Numbered from the whole stretch's first letter, positions 37,761-48,128 are shown. The stretch is 61,722 nucleotides of DNA, filler included, from 5 parts of 5 records of this genome joined end to end with filler, not necessarily neighbours in it; one strand, 5' to 3'. The notes: a model not told the origin generated them from the sequence alone. Translations and numbers: made by a program.

Positions 37761-38495
37761 ATGCTCCCCGATCCCGAATTTCCCCCGCTGCTGAGCGGGC
37801 ACGCGGTGGCTGCTGCGGAAGATCCGTTTGAGGTCGCAATCCAGGCAGCACGCACTGGCGTTCTTGCGGCCGGCGACCTGTGCTGGTCGAAGGCCGAGAC
37901 CCATGCCCGCGCGGCGATCGTGCTTGAGCCGGAATGTTCCCTCTCCAAGGCAACCCAGATGGTGCCATTGTTGATGGTTGCCATCGGTGATGCCTTGGGC
38001 GCCATCGGGCCGCCCAATCTTGCTTTTATGTACCGGTGGCCCTCAACGCTGCTTGCCAATGGTGGAGAGGTTGGCGAAGTCATGCTGCATGTGCCGGAAG
38101 GCGTCCGGTTGGAGGATACGCCCGGCTACTTGGTTCTGGGGTTCTCGATTGCGATGAGCCTGCCGGCGGATATCCATGATGCGCCGGGGCTCGCCCGGCA
38201 CGCCACTGCGCTGTTTGAAGAAGGCTGCGGCGAGCTTGACCGGACCCAGGTGGTCGAGGCGGTGGCGCGGCATTTCCTGTCTTGGGTTGATGCCTGGGAG
38301 CATGATGGTTTTGCCGCTGCGCATGCGGATTTTCGCGGCCGTATGCAGCCGGTCGACAAGCTTGTTGTCGGACTCGGACCGGTTACGCATGAAGGTCGGA
38401 TGGTCGGCATAGATGAAGATGGCGGTTTGCTGCTGGAGGACGCTGCCGGTGTCCGCGGCCTGTCGATGGCTCAGGGATTGGGGATAGCCGGGTGA
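37761..38495 (+). CDS. biotin/lipoate-protein ligase-like protein (DUF4444-type)
   Basis: AIVLEPE, RWPSTLLANG aligning to BirA KWPND, C-terminal GIDEDGGLLL SH3-like domain. Confidence 0.7.
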   Translation: MLPDPEFPPLLSGHAVAAAEDPFEVAIQAARTGVLAAGDLCWSKAETHARAAIVLEPECSLSKATQMVPLLMVAIGDALGAIGPPNLAFMYRWPSTLLANGGEVGEVMLHVPEGVRLEDTPGYLVLGFSIAMSLPADIHDAPGLARHATALFEEGCGELDRTQVVEAVARHFLSWVDAWEHDGFAAAHADFRGRMQPVDKLVVGLGPVTHEGRMVGIDEDGGLLLEDAAGVRGLSMAQGLGIAG

Positions 38496-39514
38496 AACCG
38501 ACGCAAGACAAGGCAAAGGGCGTGATCTGGAAATCTGCCGGACAACATCTTACGCACAGGCTGGACAATGGCTGGCTGGCAGTGAGTGCGGATTTCCTGC
38601 GCGCCTACTACACACGTCCGGAGATCCATCCCGTCGAGGAAAGCTGCGCCGTCGAGCACGAATTGTTCGAGCGGCTGATGGATGATCCGTTCGCCGCCGT
38701 CAGCGCAGAAGATCTCTCCAGCATTGCCGATCCGGATGCCGCAGAAAACTATGCCGTGGTCTTGCGGTTTCGCGATCATCTGGTTGCCAAGGGATCGATC
38801 GAGGCCGCCTATGCATCGCTGTTTGCACCCGGCGCACCGCTGATCCCGCCGGTGTTCATCAGCCAGATGGCACATCTGATCATGGGCAACATTCTGATGG
38901 GCGAAACCGATGCCATGGTTGCGCGGGCGGCGGAGCTGTTTTTCCGCGAGCAGACCGCGACGACGTCGAACGAGCGGATGATGCTGGCCGATGCAGAGGT
39001 GGTGGAAACCCGCGCGCAGCAAACCGCGCTTCTCGCTCTGAGCGATCCCCGCCGAACCGAAGTTGATCTCGAAGTTCTCAATGCCGAAGGTGCCGAAGAC
39101 TATTGGGGCCGGGCCGACCATTTTGATCTGGCTCTGGATTTCCGTTTCGCCGAACCGGGGCAGGACGCCTTTGCCCGTCTGGTCGAGCGCTGGATCAAGC
39201 ACTTCCTCGATATGCGGGTCCGGGTGCAGCCGCTGCAGTCGGTCAAGGATCAGCGCTGGTCCTGGCATGTCGGTCTTGACGCCGAAGCAACCCGCATCAT
39301 GAACGCGCTTTATGAAGGCGAGTATCTGCCCGAACAAGGGCAGGGAAGCATCGTTGCATTGTTCCGGATGGAGTTCCTGGACTACGACCGGGTGGTGGAC
39401 AACATGCGTCGCAAGCCGGCTTTCCTCGGCCTGGCCGTCGATGCCCATGACCGCATTCGCATGAAGCCGCAGAATTTGTTGATCAATCTGCCACTGAACC
39501 CGGTGCTTCAGTAG
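38492..39514 (+). CDS. conserved hypothetical protein (DUF6352-like)
   Basis: 340 aa; W.S.G.HL, RPEI.P.EESC, WHVGLD, KPQNLLINLP; GTGA overlap with the upstream gene. Confidence 0.7.
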   Translation: MKPTQDKAKGVIWKSAGQHLTHRLDNGWLAVSADFLRAYYTRPEIHPVEESCAVEHELFERLMDDPFAAVSAEDLSSIADPDAAENYAVVLRFRDHLVAKGSIEAAYASLFAPGAPLIPPVFISQMAHLIMGNILMGETDAMVARAAELFFREQTATTSNERMMLADAEVVETRAQQTALLALSDPRRTEVDLEVLNAEGAEDYWGRADHFDLALDFRFAEPGQDAFARLVERWIKHFLDMRVRVQPLQSVKDQRWSWHVGLDAEATRIMNALYEGEYLPEQGQGSIVALFRMEFLDYDRVVDNMRRKPAFLGLAVDAHDRIRMKPQNLLINLPLNPVLQ

Positions 39515-39621
39515 CAGTTAGACGTGATTTCGGTCCAATAGGCGAAAAATAAGCACAATTGTTCCATCGGCCGGGATTATCCCTCCCGGCCGCACGCGCC
39601 AGATATCCGTGATTTGTGGAC

Positions 39622-39885
39622 TTACTTCGCGTCGACCGAAATCGCCGTGATCTTTCCAACGCCGCTGTCGCCAGCGGAATCGTACTCGATGGTGACGTGA
39701 TTGCCAGCGCTCAGCCCTTCGGGAACCAGATCACCGGCGGGAGTCAGGTCCCACACAGTTTTGTCGTCCAATACGAGGACATGATCGACACGGTCATAGG
39801 CGACAACGACGCCTCCGGTTGTGTCAGCCAGAGCGGACGTTGCGAGAAGAGAACCAAGAATTGTGATTGCAGAAAACAGGCGCAT
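39622..39885 (-). CDS. small secreted hypothetical protein
   Basis: Signal peptide (ATSALA-D), GGAGG RBS, beta-rich mature part. Confidence 0.7.
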   Translation of the reverse strand: MRLFSAITILGSLLATSALADTTGGVVVAYDRVDHVLVLDDKTVWDLTPAGDLVPEGLSAGNHVTIEYDSAGDSGVGKITAISVDAK

Positions 39886-39983
39886 GATATCCTCCATACG
39901 ACTTGATGGAATCAAGCTATGCGCCTGTCCCATCAATCCCGCAAGAGGCTTTGATTGCCATCAAACCTAAGTCTCATGCGCCT

Positions 39984-42014
39984 CTATTTATCACTGAGAA
40001 AATCGTCGACCGTGAGCCCCTGGCGACCGGCCTCCAGGTAGTCGTCGGTGGTTCGGGTGCGGCGCTGATGGGCGATGGCAAAGGGGTCGGCACCGTCGCG
40101 CGACAGCGTCTCGAGCCGGCATTCCTCGCACATGTGGATCAGCGCCCGGCGTTCGTCGGTGTCAAACATCCAGTTGCCCTCAAGGCGCTTTTCCACCGCG
40201 CGCAGCATGCCGCCGGCAGCGAATGCCTTGCCGCAGGAGGTGCAACAGGCCGGCTCGTCCTCATGCAAAGTTATCGGCTGCATGATGCTTGGAGACAGGT
40301 TGTAGCGTGGCTCAAGGCTTATCGCTGATTCCGGGCATGTGGATTCGCAAATGCCGCATTGAACGCAAGCCGCTTCGACAAAGCGCAATTGCGGCGTGTC
40401 GGGCGTGTCGCGCAGCGCATCCGCCGGGCAGGATGAAACGCAGGCCATGCACAGCGTGCAGGCATCCGTGTTCACCAGAACGGTGCCATAAGGGGCGCTG
40501 TCTGATAACGGCACAATGCTTGAACCGGGTTTGCCGGCATCGGCCAGCACACCGAGCGCTGCGCGCGTGACTTCACGCTTGCCGCCCAGTGGTGAGGGGG
40601 CGGACCGTGTGAGTTCCGGAAGGTCGGGCAGGGCATAAAGCGCGGATTCGACCTGATCAGGATCGGATTCGAGCAAGGTCACGATCCTTCCGCCCTTGTG
40701 GCCAAAGCCAGCGAGAAGGGTTTCCATCAACTGGCTTTCGGCGGCAACGGCGCCAAATTCTTCCGCCTTGTGCGGATCACCCAGCACGACAATCTGTCTA
40801 AATCCAGCGGCCAGAGCCGCTGACATCACATCGTGGCCCACGCCGCTGGTTGCATGCATTTCCAGTGGAATAACCCTGGCTGGAAGGCCGCGGCCGAATC
40901 GCGCCATCGCTCCGATCAACGGGGTTCCGTGGCCCGCATCATGCAACAGCAGAACCGGCGCCTGGCCACCGGCGGCAAGGAACGTCCGCGCCAGCGTCTG
41001 AACCCGTGAGATCTGATCGGTCCGCGTTGGGTAGGTGTATGCCACAGCTCCAGTGGGGCAATGGGCCGCGCAGTTGCCGCAGCCGCCGCAAATGCCCGCA
41101 TCAACGACGATGATATCACCTTCGCCAGTGATCGCGCCGGCAGGGCATTGGTCAATGCATTTGGTGCAACCTGTCTTCCGCGAACGCTCGTGCGCGCAGA
41201 TCGAGGCGTCATAGCTGACATAGATCGGCTTCTCGAAGCTGCCAACGTAGTCCGACGCCTCGATAACCGCTTCCAGCACAGCCACCGGATTGCCGGGGTC
41301 GGCCCGGAAATAGCCGTCCCGGCCATGCGCGCGGGTGAACAGCGCAGTGTCGCCGGACATGTCGAAAATGACGCTGCACGAGGTTTTGGCCCCATCACGC
41401 CGCATCGCGAATTCCGGCTTTGCCCGGGAGGACGGCAACATCGCGGCATAGCCATCAACAACCAGCTGAAAATCACCTAGCGATCCGGTCGCCGATGTCA
41501 CGTGACCAGCAAAGACCGGAAACTGCAGCTCGGAAGGCAGCACGAGACCATCGGTCGCAGTCAACAACAGGGTTACGGACAGGGTCCGGTTCAGGCGCTG
41601 TGCAGCATCAAAGGCCGATTGCCCCGATCCGATCACCAGGCAAAGCCCGTCACTCTCGATCGTGCGCAACCTTGCTGGAACAGCCTGCTGCCTGGCTGCG
41701 GTCAGAAGCGCCTCGATTTTCGGTGTCTTCGACGCATTGTCAGCGCTCCAGCCGGCCATCTCGCGAATATTGACGAATGACATGCCCTGATGGCCGGCCT
41801 CTGCGGCAATTTCCTCAAACAGCGGCCGTTCCTGGGTGCAGGCAATGCAGATAGGCGATTCGGTGGCTAACGCGGTCTCGAGGACACCCATTTCACTGCG
41901 GCACAGCTGGTTGTGGCTCGACACTTCGCCATAGGCTGCCCCCAGTTTGGCGGGATCGACAGCCATAGTTTTTTCGCAGCTGCATACAAATAGCTTGGTC
42001 GCGTCTAAAACCAT
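39984..42014 (-). CDS. multi-[4Fe-4S] ferredoxin-like protein of FDH accessory clusters
   Basis: CSC, QLC, IACTQE N-domain; four CxxCxxxCP-type motifs; CTSCG and CEEC. Start 42014 or 42044. Confidence 0.88.
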   Translation of the reverse strand: MVLDATKLFVCSCEKTMAVDPAKLGAAYGEVSSHNQLCRSEMGVLETALATESPICIACTQERPLFEEIAAEAGHQGMSFVNIREMAGWSADNASKTPKIEALLTAARQQAVPARLRTIESDGLCLVIGSGQSAFDAAQRLNRTLSVTLLLTATDGLVLPSELQFPVFAGHVTSATGSLGDFQLVVDGYAAMLPSSRAKPEFAMRRDGAKTSCSVIFDMSGDTALFTRAHGRDGYFRADPGNPVAVLEAVIEASDYVGSFEKPIYVSYDASICAHERSRKTGCTKCIDQCPAGAITGEGDIIVVDAGICGGCGNCAAHCPTGAVAYTYPTRTDQISRVQTLARTFLAAGGQAPVLLLHDAGHGTPLIGAMARFGRGLPARVIPLEMHATSGVGHDVMSAALAAGFRQIVVLGDPHKAEEFGAVAAESQLMETLLAGFGHKGGRIVTLLESDPDQVESALYALPDLPELTRSAPSPLGGKREVTRAALGVLADAGKPGSSIVPLSDSAPYGTVLVNTDACTLCMACVSSCPADALRDTPDTPQLRFVEAACVQCGICESTCPESAISLEPRYNLSPSIMQPITLHEDEPACCTSCGKAFAAGGMLRAVEKRLEGNWMFDTDERRALIHMCEECRLETLSRDGADPFAIAHQRRTRTTDDYLEAGRQGLTVDDFLSDK

Positions 42015-42107
42015 CGGGGCACCCTTGTTGTCGTCTGCAAACACCTTATACTTTCAACGGGAAGAGACAACCGTGATTGCCTCAAGACCGGGGAGGGACT
42101 GACTGGC

Positions 42108-42653
42108 GTGTCGCGGGAATTGACAATTATGCTGGGCGTGATTGCGGAAAAGCGGCAGTCGGTTTCGCGCTGGGCAAAGGACTACTGGATGCCCGTCGGC
42201 GTGATGCTGGCGCCGGCCGATCTCAATGCGGGCGATATCCTGATCAGCGATGACCGCATGACGCGCTATTACATGGGCCGCGTCGATCTCACTTGCTATG
42301 CCGCCGATACCGATTCCTATGTGGAGAATTTCGACAGCGGAAATCCAGCGCTCTATGTGGTGCTGCGGCGCGACAGTGAAAACGAGCACCCTCTCGACTG
42401 GTACGTCCAGAGCGTCACCGCATCTCCGCACGCCGCCCAGGACTACGAAGTCGGCAGCGAAGACATCATCGAACGTTTGCCGATGCCGCCCGAGATTGCC
42501 GAGGCAATTCTCGAGTTTCTTGACGCCTATCATGTCGAAACGCCGTTCCTGAAACGGCGGCGCGACAAGCTGGATCTTGAAGAGCAGAAATTTGGCAAGC
42601 AGCCGATTTTTCTCAATCGCAAGCGCTCGGACCGGGGAGATCTGGATGGTTGA
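42108..42653 (+). CDS. DUF3305 domain protein
   Basis: SRW...W.P, Y..N...P.LYV, VTASP..AQDY, F.KRRRD. Confidence 0.8.
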   Translation: MSRELTIMLGVIAEKRQSVSRWAKDYWMPVGVMLAPADLNAGDILISDDRMTRYYMGRVDLTCYAADTDSYVENFDSGNPALYVVLRRDSENEHPLDWYVQSVTASPHAAQDYEVGSEDIIERLPMPPEIAEAILEFLDAYHVETPFLKRRRDKLDLEEQKFGKQPIFLNRKRSDRGDLDG

Positions 42654-43329
42654 GGACAAGCAAGGTTTTCTGTCGCGCTGGTCAAAGCGCAAACAGGCGC
42701 AATCGGCTAATCCGGATGTAGATCCGGATGATGAAATTGCGACCGCCGAAGTGGTCGAAATTGACGAAGAGCTACTGGAGGCCGAACGCAGTGAAGCGGA
42801 GGTCAATCGCCTCGCCGCGGAAGCTGTCGATCTTGAGAAGGTCGAGTATGGATTCGATTTCTCGGTCTTCATGAAACGCGGCGTTCCGGACTTGTTGCGC
42901 AAGAAAGCCCTGCAGAAATTTTTCAATTCCAACCCGGTCCTGGCCAATCTGGACGGCTTGAATGACTATGACGAGGACTACAACAACCCGTTGCACATGG
43001 TCTACAAATCATCTTGGGATGTGGGGCGTGGGTTTCTCACCGAGGCGGAGAAACTTCTCCAGCAGACAACGGGACGGCTGACCCGGGATGAGCCAGTTCC
43101 GGAAGTTGCGTCAACAGACGAGACCGAAGAGCTGGACGCGGACGCAGCGGAAACCTTGGCTTCAGCCGGCGATGAACCGAGCGCCGAGGAACAATCTACC
43201 CCTGATGCCGGCAACGGGCCGACCGACGATACAGAGACCGCCGATGCGAAGCCGGAAGACGATGAAAGTCCCGATGCTGAGCCGCCGCAGCAAAAGCGCG
43301 TCTCGATCAGACAACGGCTGAACGGATAA
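42646..43329 (+). CDS. DUF3306 domain protein
   Basis: FLSRWSKRK, DFS.F....VP..L...AL, LDGLNDYDEDY; acidic tail. Confidence 0.82.
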   Translation: MVEDKQGFLSRWSKRKQAQSANPDVDPDDEIATAEVVEIDEELLEAERSEAEVNRLAAEAVDLEKVEYGFDFSVFMKRGVPDLLRKKALQKFFNSNPVLANLDGLNDYDEDYNNPLHMVYKSSWDVGRGFLTEAEKLLQQTTGRLTRDEPVPEVASTDETEELDADAAETLASAGDEPSAEEQSTPDAGNGPTDDTETADAKPEDDESPDAEPPQQKRVSIRQRLNG

Positions 43330-43337
43330 TGCAGGTG

Positions 43338-43583
43338 TCAGACGTTGGGATCAGCCAGATGATTGCGCAACATTTCCGTATAGGCCGCGGCCATTTCGGT
43401 GACGAAGGCCTCGTGGTCAGCCACGTCGATCACATTCTTGGCGACGAACGCATTGTAGCGCGCCGCGCCATACAGAAACGCCATGTGGATTTCTGTGGCG
43501 GGGATCTTGGCATTGGCGGTGTTGGCAGTGCGGACAAACCGGTCAGCGAGTCTGACAAATTTCTCTGTTTCGGTGCTGTCCAT
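43338..43583 (-). CDS. DUF3144-like small protein
   Basis: F...AD.F...AN, AFLYGAARYNAF, ML..HL; 81 aa. Confidence 0.7.
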   Translation of the reverse strand: MDSTETEKFVRLADRFVRTANTANAKIPATEIHMAFLYGAARYNAFVAKNVIDVADHEAFVTEMAAAYTEMLRNHLADPNV

Positions 43584-43708
43584 GGCAGGCTTTCCTCGTC
43601 GCTTGATATCTGTCGAAGTGTCATGTCCAGATCGGGGACCAAGTATGAGGTCCGGACCGAGATGAAAACGGCGACAATTTCGGTGCACTATCGACCATGG
43701 GGTGCGCA

Positions 43709-44545
43709 GTGACAATCACCATCGATCAGATTCTGGAGCAGCTCAAACGGGTCAAGGGGCCTGACCTGACCGGCAATATCGTCGATCTGGGACTGGTCTC
43801 GGATATCGTGGTCACCGGAGACCGGGTCACGTTCTCGATCACTGTGCCAACCCAACGTGCCGCCCAGCTGGAGCCATTGCGGGCTGCAGCAGAGAAAGCC
43901 GCATTGGCCGCGCCCGGTGTCGCCAATGCGCTTGTCACGCTGACGGCAGATAACAAAGAGCAGCCTGCGGCGGTGCGTTCGGCGCCGTCGATTGAACAGG
44001 CCTCAGCCGTTCCTCCACCCATGCAGAAACGAGCGCCACCGCAGCAACAGGCGCCCGGAACCAAGGCTCCGGTGCCTGGGGTTGGGGCCATCATTGCTGT
44101 TGCTTCGGGCAAGGGCGGCGTTGGCAAGTCCACCACCTCGGTCAATATTGCGCTTGGCCTTCAGGCCCGTGGTCTGAAGGTGGGGATACTCGATGCGGAC
44201 ATTTACGGGCCGTCGCTGCCGCGGCTGCTCAATATTTCAGGCCGCCCGCAGAGTGGGGGCGACCGCATCCTGATTCCGCTTGAAGGCCACGGCCTCAAGG
44301 TGATGTCGATGGGGTTCATGGTTGATGAGGATACAGCAACGGTCTGGCGCGGGCCGATGATCATGCAGGCCTTGACCCAGATGTTGCGGGAAGTGGCATG
44401 GGGTGAGCTTGATGTCCTGATCGTCGACATGCCGCCGGGCACAGGTGATGCGCAACTGACCATGGCGCAGAATGTGCCGCTGGCTGGCGCCGTCATCGTC
44501 TCGACGCCGCAGGACCTGGCGCTGATCGATGCCCGCAAGGGGCTG
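43709..44545 (+). CDS. apbC: Mrp/ApbC iron-sulfur cluster carrier ATPase, 3'-partial
   Basis: N-terminal DUF59 domain; ASGKGGVGKST, DADIYGPS, WRGPM, DMPPGTGD, STPQ. Confidence 0.93.
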
Positions 44546-44645
44546 NNNNNNNNNNNNNNNNNNNNNNNNNNNNNNNNNNNNNNNNNNNNTTAATTAATTA
44601 ANNNNNNNNNNNNNNNNNNNNNNNNNNNNNNNNNNNNNNNNNNNN
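44546..44645. other. artificial contig spacer
   Basis: N44-TTAATTAATTAA-N44. Confidence 0.98.
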
Positions 44646-44646
44646 C

Positions 44647-44681
44647 CTGGATTGCTTCGGCCTTTCAGGCCTCGCAATGAC
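44647..44681. repeat. half of an alphaproteobacterial intergenic palindromic repeat
   Basis: CTGGATTGCTTCG-GCCTTTCAGGC-CTCGCAATGAC resembles the right arm of the GTCATTGCGAG...CTCGCAATGAC repeat family; it sits at the contig edge. Confidence 0.55.
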
Positions 44682-44704
44682 GGTTGAGGATTACGGAGAA
44701 GTAA

Positions 44705-45439
44705 GTGGCATACGCGGACATACAAACAAGGAAGAGAGAAGAGGGCATCCGCGCGACCGCCCATCCCTCGCTCCGCGTCTGCGGCGCGCGTTTCGACCTC
44801 ATGCCCGAAGGCGCGGCATGGCTCGCCGATGAACGCCTCCTCGTCGTCGCCGATCTCCATTTCGAGAAAGGTTCCGCCTTCGCCGCAAGGGGCGTCGCGC
44901 TTCCGCCCTACGACACGCGTGCCACCATCGCCCGCCTCGAAGCCCTCGTCGCGCGTCTGAAACCCGACACCCTCGTCGCCCTGGGCGACAGCTTCCACGA
45001 CTTGGACGCCGAGCATCGCATGGCTGCGGAAGATGCCGCCCGCCTCGCGCGTCTCTCCCGCTCGCTCGACTGGGTCTGGATCGCGGGCAATCACGATCCG
45101 GTTCCGCCCCGTGCCTTCGGCGGCGCCGTCATGGAGGAATTGCGCGTCGGCCCGCTCACTTTCCGCCACGAGCCGCAGGCTGCCCCCGCGACGGGCGAGG
45201 TCGCGGGCCATCTTCATCCGTGTGCGGCGGTTCGCGTGCGTGGCCGCCGTCTCCGCCGCCGCTGCTTTGCCTCCGACGGCACGAGGATGATCATGCCCGC
45301 CTTCGGCGCCTATGCCGGCGGCCTGAACGTCCTCGACACGGCTTACGACGACCTGCTTCCCGGCTTCGGCTTTCACGCCTGGATGATGGGCGCCCGCACG
45401 GTTATCCCCGTTTCCGCCCGCCGCCTTGAAGGCGATTGA
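44705..45439 (+). CDS. pdeM: ligase-associated DNA damage response metallophosphoesterase/endonuclease
   Basis: ADLHFEK, LPPYDT, LGDSFHD, GNHD, RHEP, GHLHP, MPAFG. Confidence 0.88.
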   Translation: MAYADIQTRKREEGIRATAHPSLRVCGARFDLMPEGAAWLADERLLVVADLHFEKGSAFAARGVALPPYDTRATIARLEALVARLKPDTLVALGDSFHDLDAEHRMAAEDAARLARLSRSLDWVWIAGNHDPVPPRAFGGAVMEELRVGPLTFRHEPQAAPATGEVAGHLHPCAAVRVRGRRLRRRCFASDGTRMIMPAFGAYAGGLNVLDTAYDDLLPGFGFHAWMMGARTVIPVSARRLEGD

Positions 45440-45632
45440 GGAGAAAAAACTTCTCCCCGGTTTCCAACCCTCCGCCTGTGAGAGGGTCAAAATTTGCGCC
45501 CGCAAATTTTGGGGAGGGGTAAGCGGCAGAATGAGGCGGCAAAATCGGGAGTAACTTTTCCCAATCGCGCTTCATGACGTTTCAGTGACAATTCAATGAC
45601 AGTCACCTGAAAACAGGCCCCTTTATCCCCGC

Positions 45633-46406
45633 TCAACCAAATGTCGCAAGCACCGGAAACGTCTCCAGCAAGAAGATTGCAAGCCGCTCGAACGTCCCCG
45701 TCAGCATCATGAGACCCGTGCCCGCAAGCAGCACGCCCGCCGCGATTTCGACCTTGTGCATGTGGCGGCGGAAGCGTCCCGCGAAACTCAAAAATCCGCG
45801 CACCGCGAATGCCGCCGCAAGAAACGGAATGCCGAGCCCCAGCGAATAGACGGTAAGAAGCGACACGCCCGCTGTGAGACTCTCTTGTGCCGCCGCAATG
45901 GTGAGGATCGTCGCGAGGATCGGTCCGATGCAGGGCGTCCATCCGAAAGCAAACGCAAGCCCGAGCAGATAAGGACTCGCGAACTGCATCAGCGGGCTCC
46001 GCTCGCCTTCGCCGCTTCCCGGAATATGAAAGCGCGCCTCGCGATTGAGAAACGCGATGCGGAAAAGCCCCATATAGTGTAGCCCGAACACGATGATGAC
46101 GCCGCCCGCGATGCGGGAAAGAATGTCCTTGTGCTGAACAATAAGAGGATTGATCGCGGAGGCGCTCGCGCCGAGCGCAACGAATATCGTCGTGAACCCG
46201 AGCACGAAGCCGATGGCGCCAAGAGCAACGCGCTGCGTCAGGCCCTCGGAGGCGAGCGGCTTTCCCGCCGCATCCTCGCGCGTCAACTCTTCAAGCGACG
46301 TCCCTGCGATAAAGCAAAGATAGGCCGGCACCAGCGGCAGCACGCAAGGCGAAAGAAAACTGATAAGTCCGCCAATCGCGGCGGCAATATAGCCGGCATC
46401 CATCAA
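45633..46406 (-). CDS. ccdA: cytochrome c biogenesis protein CcdA
   Basis: SFLSPCVLPLVP and FGWTPCIGP two-Cys motifs. Confidence 0.93.
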   Translation of the reverse strand: MMDAGYIAAAIGGLISFLSPCVLPLVPAYLCFIAGTSLEELTREDAAGKPLASEGLTQRVALGAIGFVLGFTTIFVALGASASAINPLIVQHKDILSRIAGGVIIVFGLHYMGLFRIAFLNREARFHIPGSGEGERSPLMQFASPYLLGLAFAFGWTPCIGPILATILTIAAAQESLTAGVSLLTVYSLGLGIPFLAAAFAVRGFLSFAGRFRRHMHKVEIAAGVLLAGTGLMMLTGTFERLAIFLLETFPVLATFG

Positions 46407-46416
46407 GACAGTCCGT

Positions 46417-47208
46417 TCATTGGCGGTACATCACGGCGGATGCGAGCCAACCCGCAAAAGCCGCAACGAGAACCGCGACCAGTCCGTAAAGCAGCGGATC
46501 GCTATGCGCCATGCGAAACAGAAACCGCTCGACGCCCCGCTTGTCGATATAAAGCGGAGAGGAGATCGTGTCGACAATTTCGCCTTCCTGCAGCAAGTAA
46601 ACCTTCGCCGTGTAAAGCCCCACCGGCACGTTCGCCGGAATGTCGATCGTCGCGCGGAAAAGCGTCTGGCCCAAAAAAGTCACGCCGCCTGGCAGGTTTG
46701 TATAAAGCCCGTTTCGCCGCTGGCTGCGGATCAGCGCCTTCCAGAATGCGGTTTCTTCGGCCGGCGGCAGGATCTGCAGCGTGCCGTCGATGGCGCGCGC
46801 CGTCGGCGTGCCGGGCTCTATGTTTTCGATGCCGATGCGAAGGGACTTCAGCGTGTCTGCATCCGCCGTCACTTCGAGCGGGCGCGTGCTGGCAATCGCG
46901 TAATAGCCGGGCACTGTCGGATAGGTAACGGAGTCGTGGTTGATCCAGATGCCCGCGACGGGTTCTTTGCGCCTCACCGTCATCGGCCGCGCCGGTCCCT
47001 GCACCACAACCACGATGTCGCGATTGAGCGCGCGCGATCCGGGCGTGCGCGCTTCGACCGCGCCGAAGAGAAGAATTTGCGTGCCCGTGAAGTTCGAGCG
47101 AATGGCGATCTGGTGTTCGGAAAGGTCCGTGACGAGCTGGTCCGCGCGCGCGTTTCCCGCCGCCATCGCAGCAACGAGCATGAAAAGCGCCGCCGCGAAA
47201 CGCCTCAT
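46417..47208 (-). CDS. TIGR02186-family membrane protein
   Basis: Signal peptide, I.SNFTG..ILLFG, RRKE..AGIW.N, LFRA.I..PANVP.G, C-terminal TM; follows tauE. Confidence 0.85.
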   Translation of the reverse strand: MRRFAAALFMLVAAMAAGNARADQLVTDLSEHQIAIRSNFTGTQILLFGAVEARTPGSRALNRDIVVVVQGPARPMTVRRKEPVAGIWINHDSVTYPTVPGYYAIASTRPLEVTADADTLKSLRIGIENIEPGTPTARAIDGTLQILPPAEETAFWKALIRSQRRNGLYTNLPGGVTFLGQTLFRATIDIPANVPVGLYTAKVYLLQEGEIVDTISSPLYIDKRGVERFLFRMAHSDPLLYGLVAVLVAAFAGWLASAVMYRQ

Positions 47209-48128
47209 TGCTCCGCCTCCACATCGACGACGGAGTAGGGATCGGCAGGCGTGGTGACGAGGTCGTAGCCGAGCCGCATCCCGATCAGCAGCAGGATCGC
47301 CGCGAGCAGTGCGCGCAATTGTTCGGCCGGCAGCTTCTCCGCCGCGCGCACGCCGTATTGCGCACCGATCACGCCGCCGACGACGAGCAGGAAGCCGAGC
47401 ACGATGTCGACCGCCTGGTTCTCCAGCGAATGCATGATGCCGGTCAGCGCGGCAACGAAGATGATCTGGAAGAACGACGTGCCGATCACGACGTTTGTCG
47501 GCATCCTCAGAATGTAGATCATCGCCGGAATGAGAATGAAGCCGCCGCCCACACCCATGATCGCCGAAAGTGTGCCGACGAAATAACCGACCAGCACAGG
47601 CGGGATCACGCTGATATAAAGCTTCGAGCGGCGGAACCGCATCTTGAAGGGCAGCCCGTGGATCCAGCTATGGTGCCCGCCGCGCCGCCGCGTCACCGTG
47701 CCGCCGCGCGCCGCGCGGATCGCCTTCACGCTTTCAACCATCATCATCGCGCCGATGACGCTGAGAAACAGCACATAGACGAGGGATATGGCGAGATCGA
47801 TCTGGCCGATTGCCGCCAGCAGCTTGAAGAGATAGATGCCGCTCAACGATCCGAGTATGCCGCCCGCCAGCAGCACGCCTCCCATCTTGAAGTCGATGGA
47901 CTTGCGCGCGAAATGCGCAAGCGCGCCCGTGACGGACGACGCGACGATCTGTGTCGCCTGCGTGCCGACGGCGACGGCGGGAGGAATGCCGAGAAAAATG
48001 AGAAGCGGCGTCATCAGGAAGCCGCCGCCGATGCCGAACATGCCGGAGAGAAAGCCGACGGTCGCGCCCATGGCGAGAATGGTCAGGATGTTGACCGGCA
48101 ACTCGGCGATCGGGAGATAGATCTGCAT
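47205..48128 (-). CDS. TauE/SafE-family permease
   Basis: MQIYLPIAE, GMFGIGGGFLMTP and repeat MGVGGGFILIP. Confidence 0.92.
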   Translation of the reverse strand: MQIYLPIAELPVNILTILAMGATVGFLSGMFGIGGGFLMTPLLIFLGIPPAVAVGTQATQIVASSVTGALAHFARKSIDFKMGGVLLAGGILGSLSGIYLFKLLAAIGQIDLAISLVYVLFLSVIGAMMMVESVKAIRAARGGTVTRRRGGHHSWIHGLPFKMRFRRSKLYISVIPPVLVGYFVGTLSAIMGVGGGFILIPAMIYILRMPTNVVIGTSFFQIIFVAALTGIMHSLENQAVDIVLGFLLVVGGVIGAQYGVRAAEKLPAEQLRALLAAILLLIGMRLGYDLVTTPADPYSVVDVEAEQ

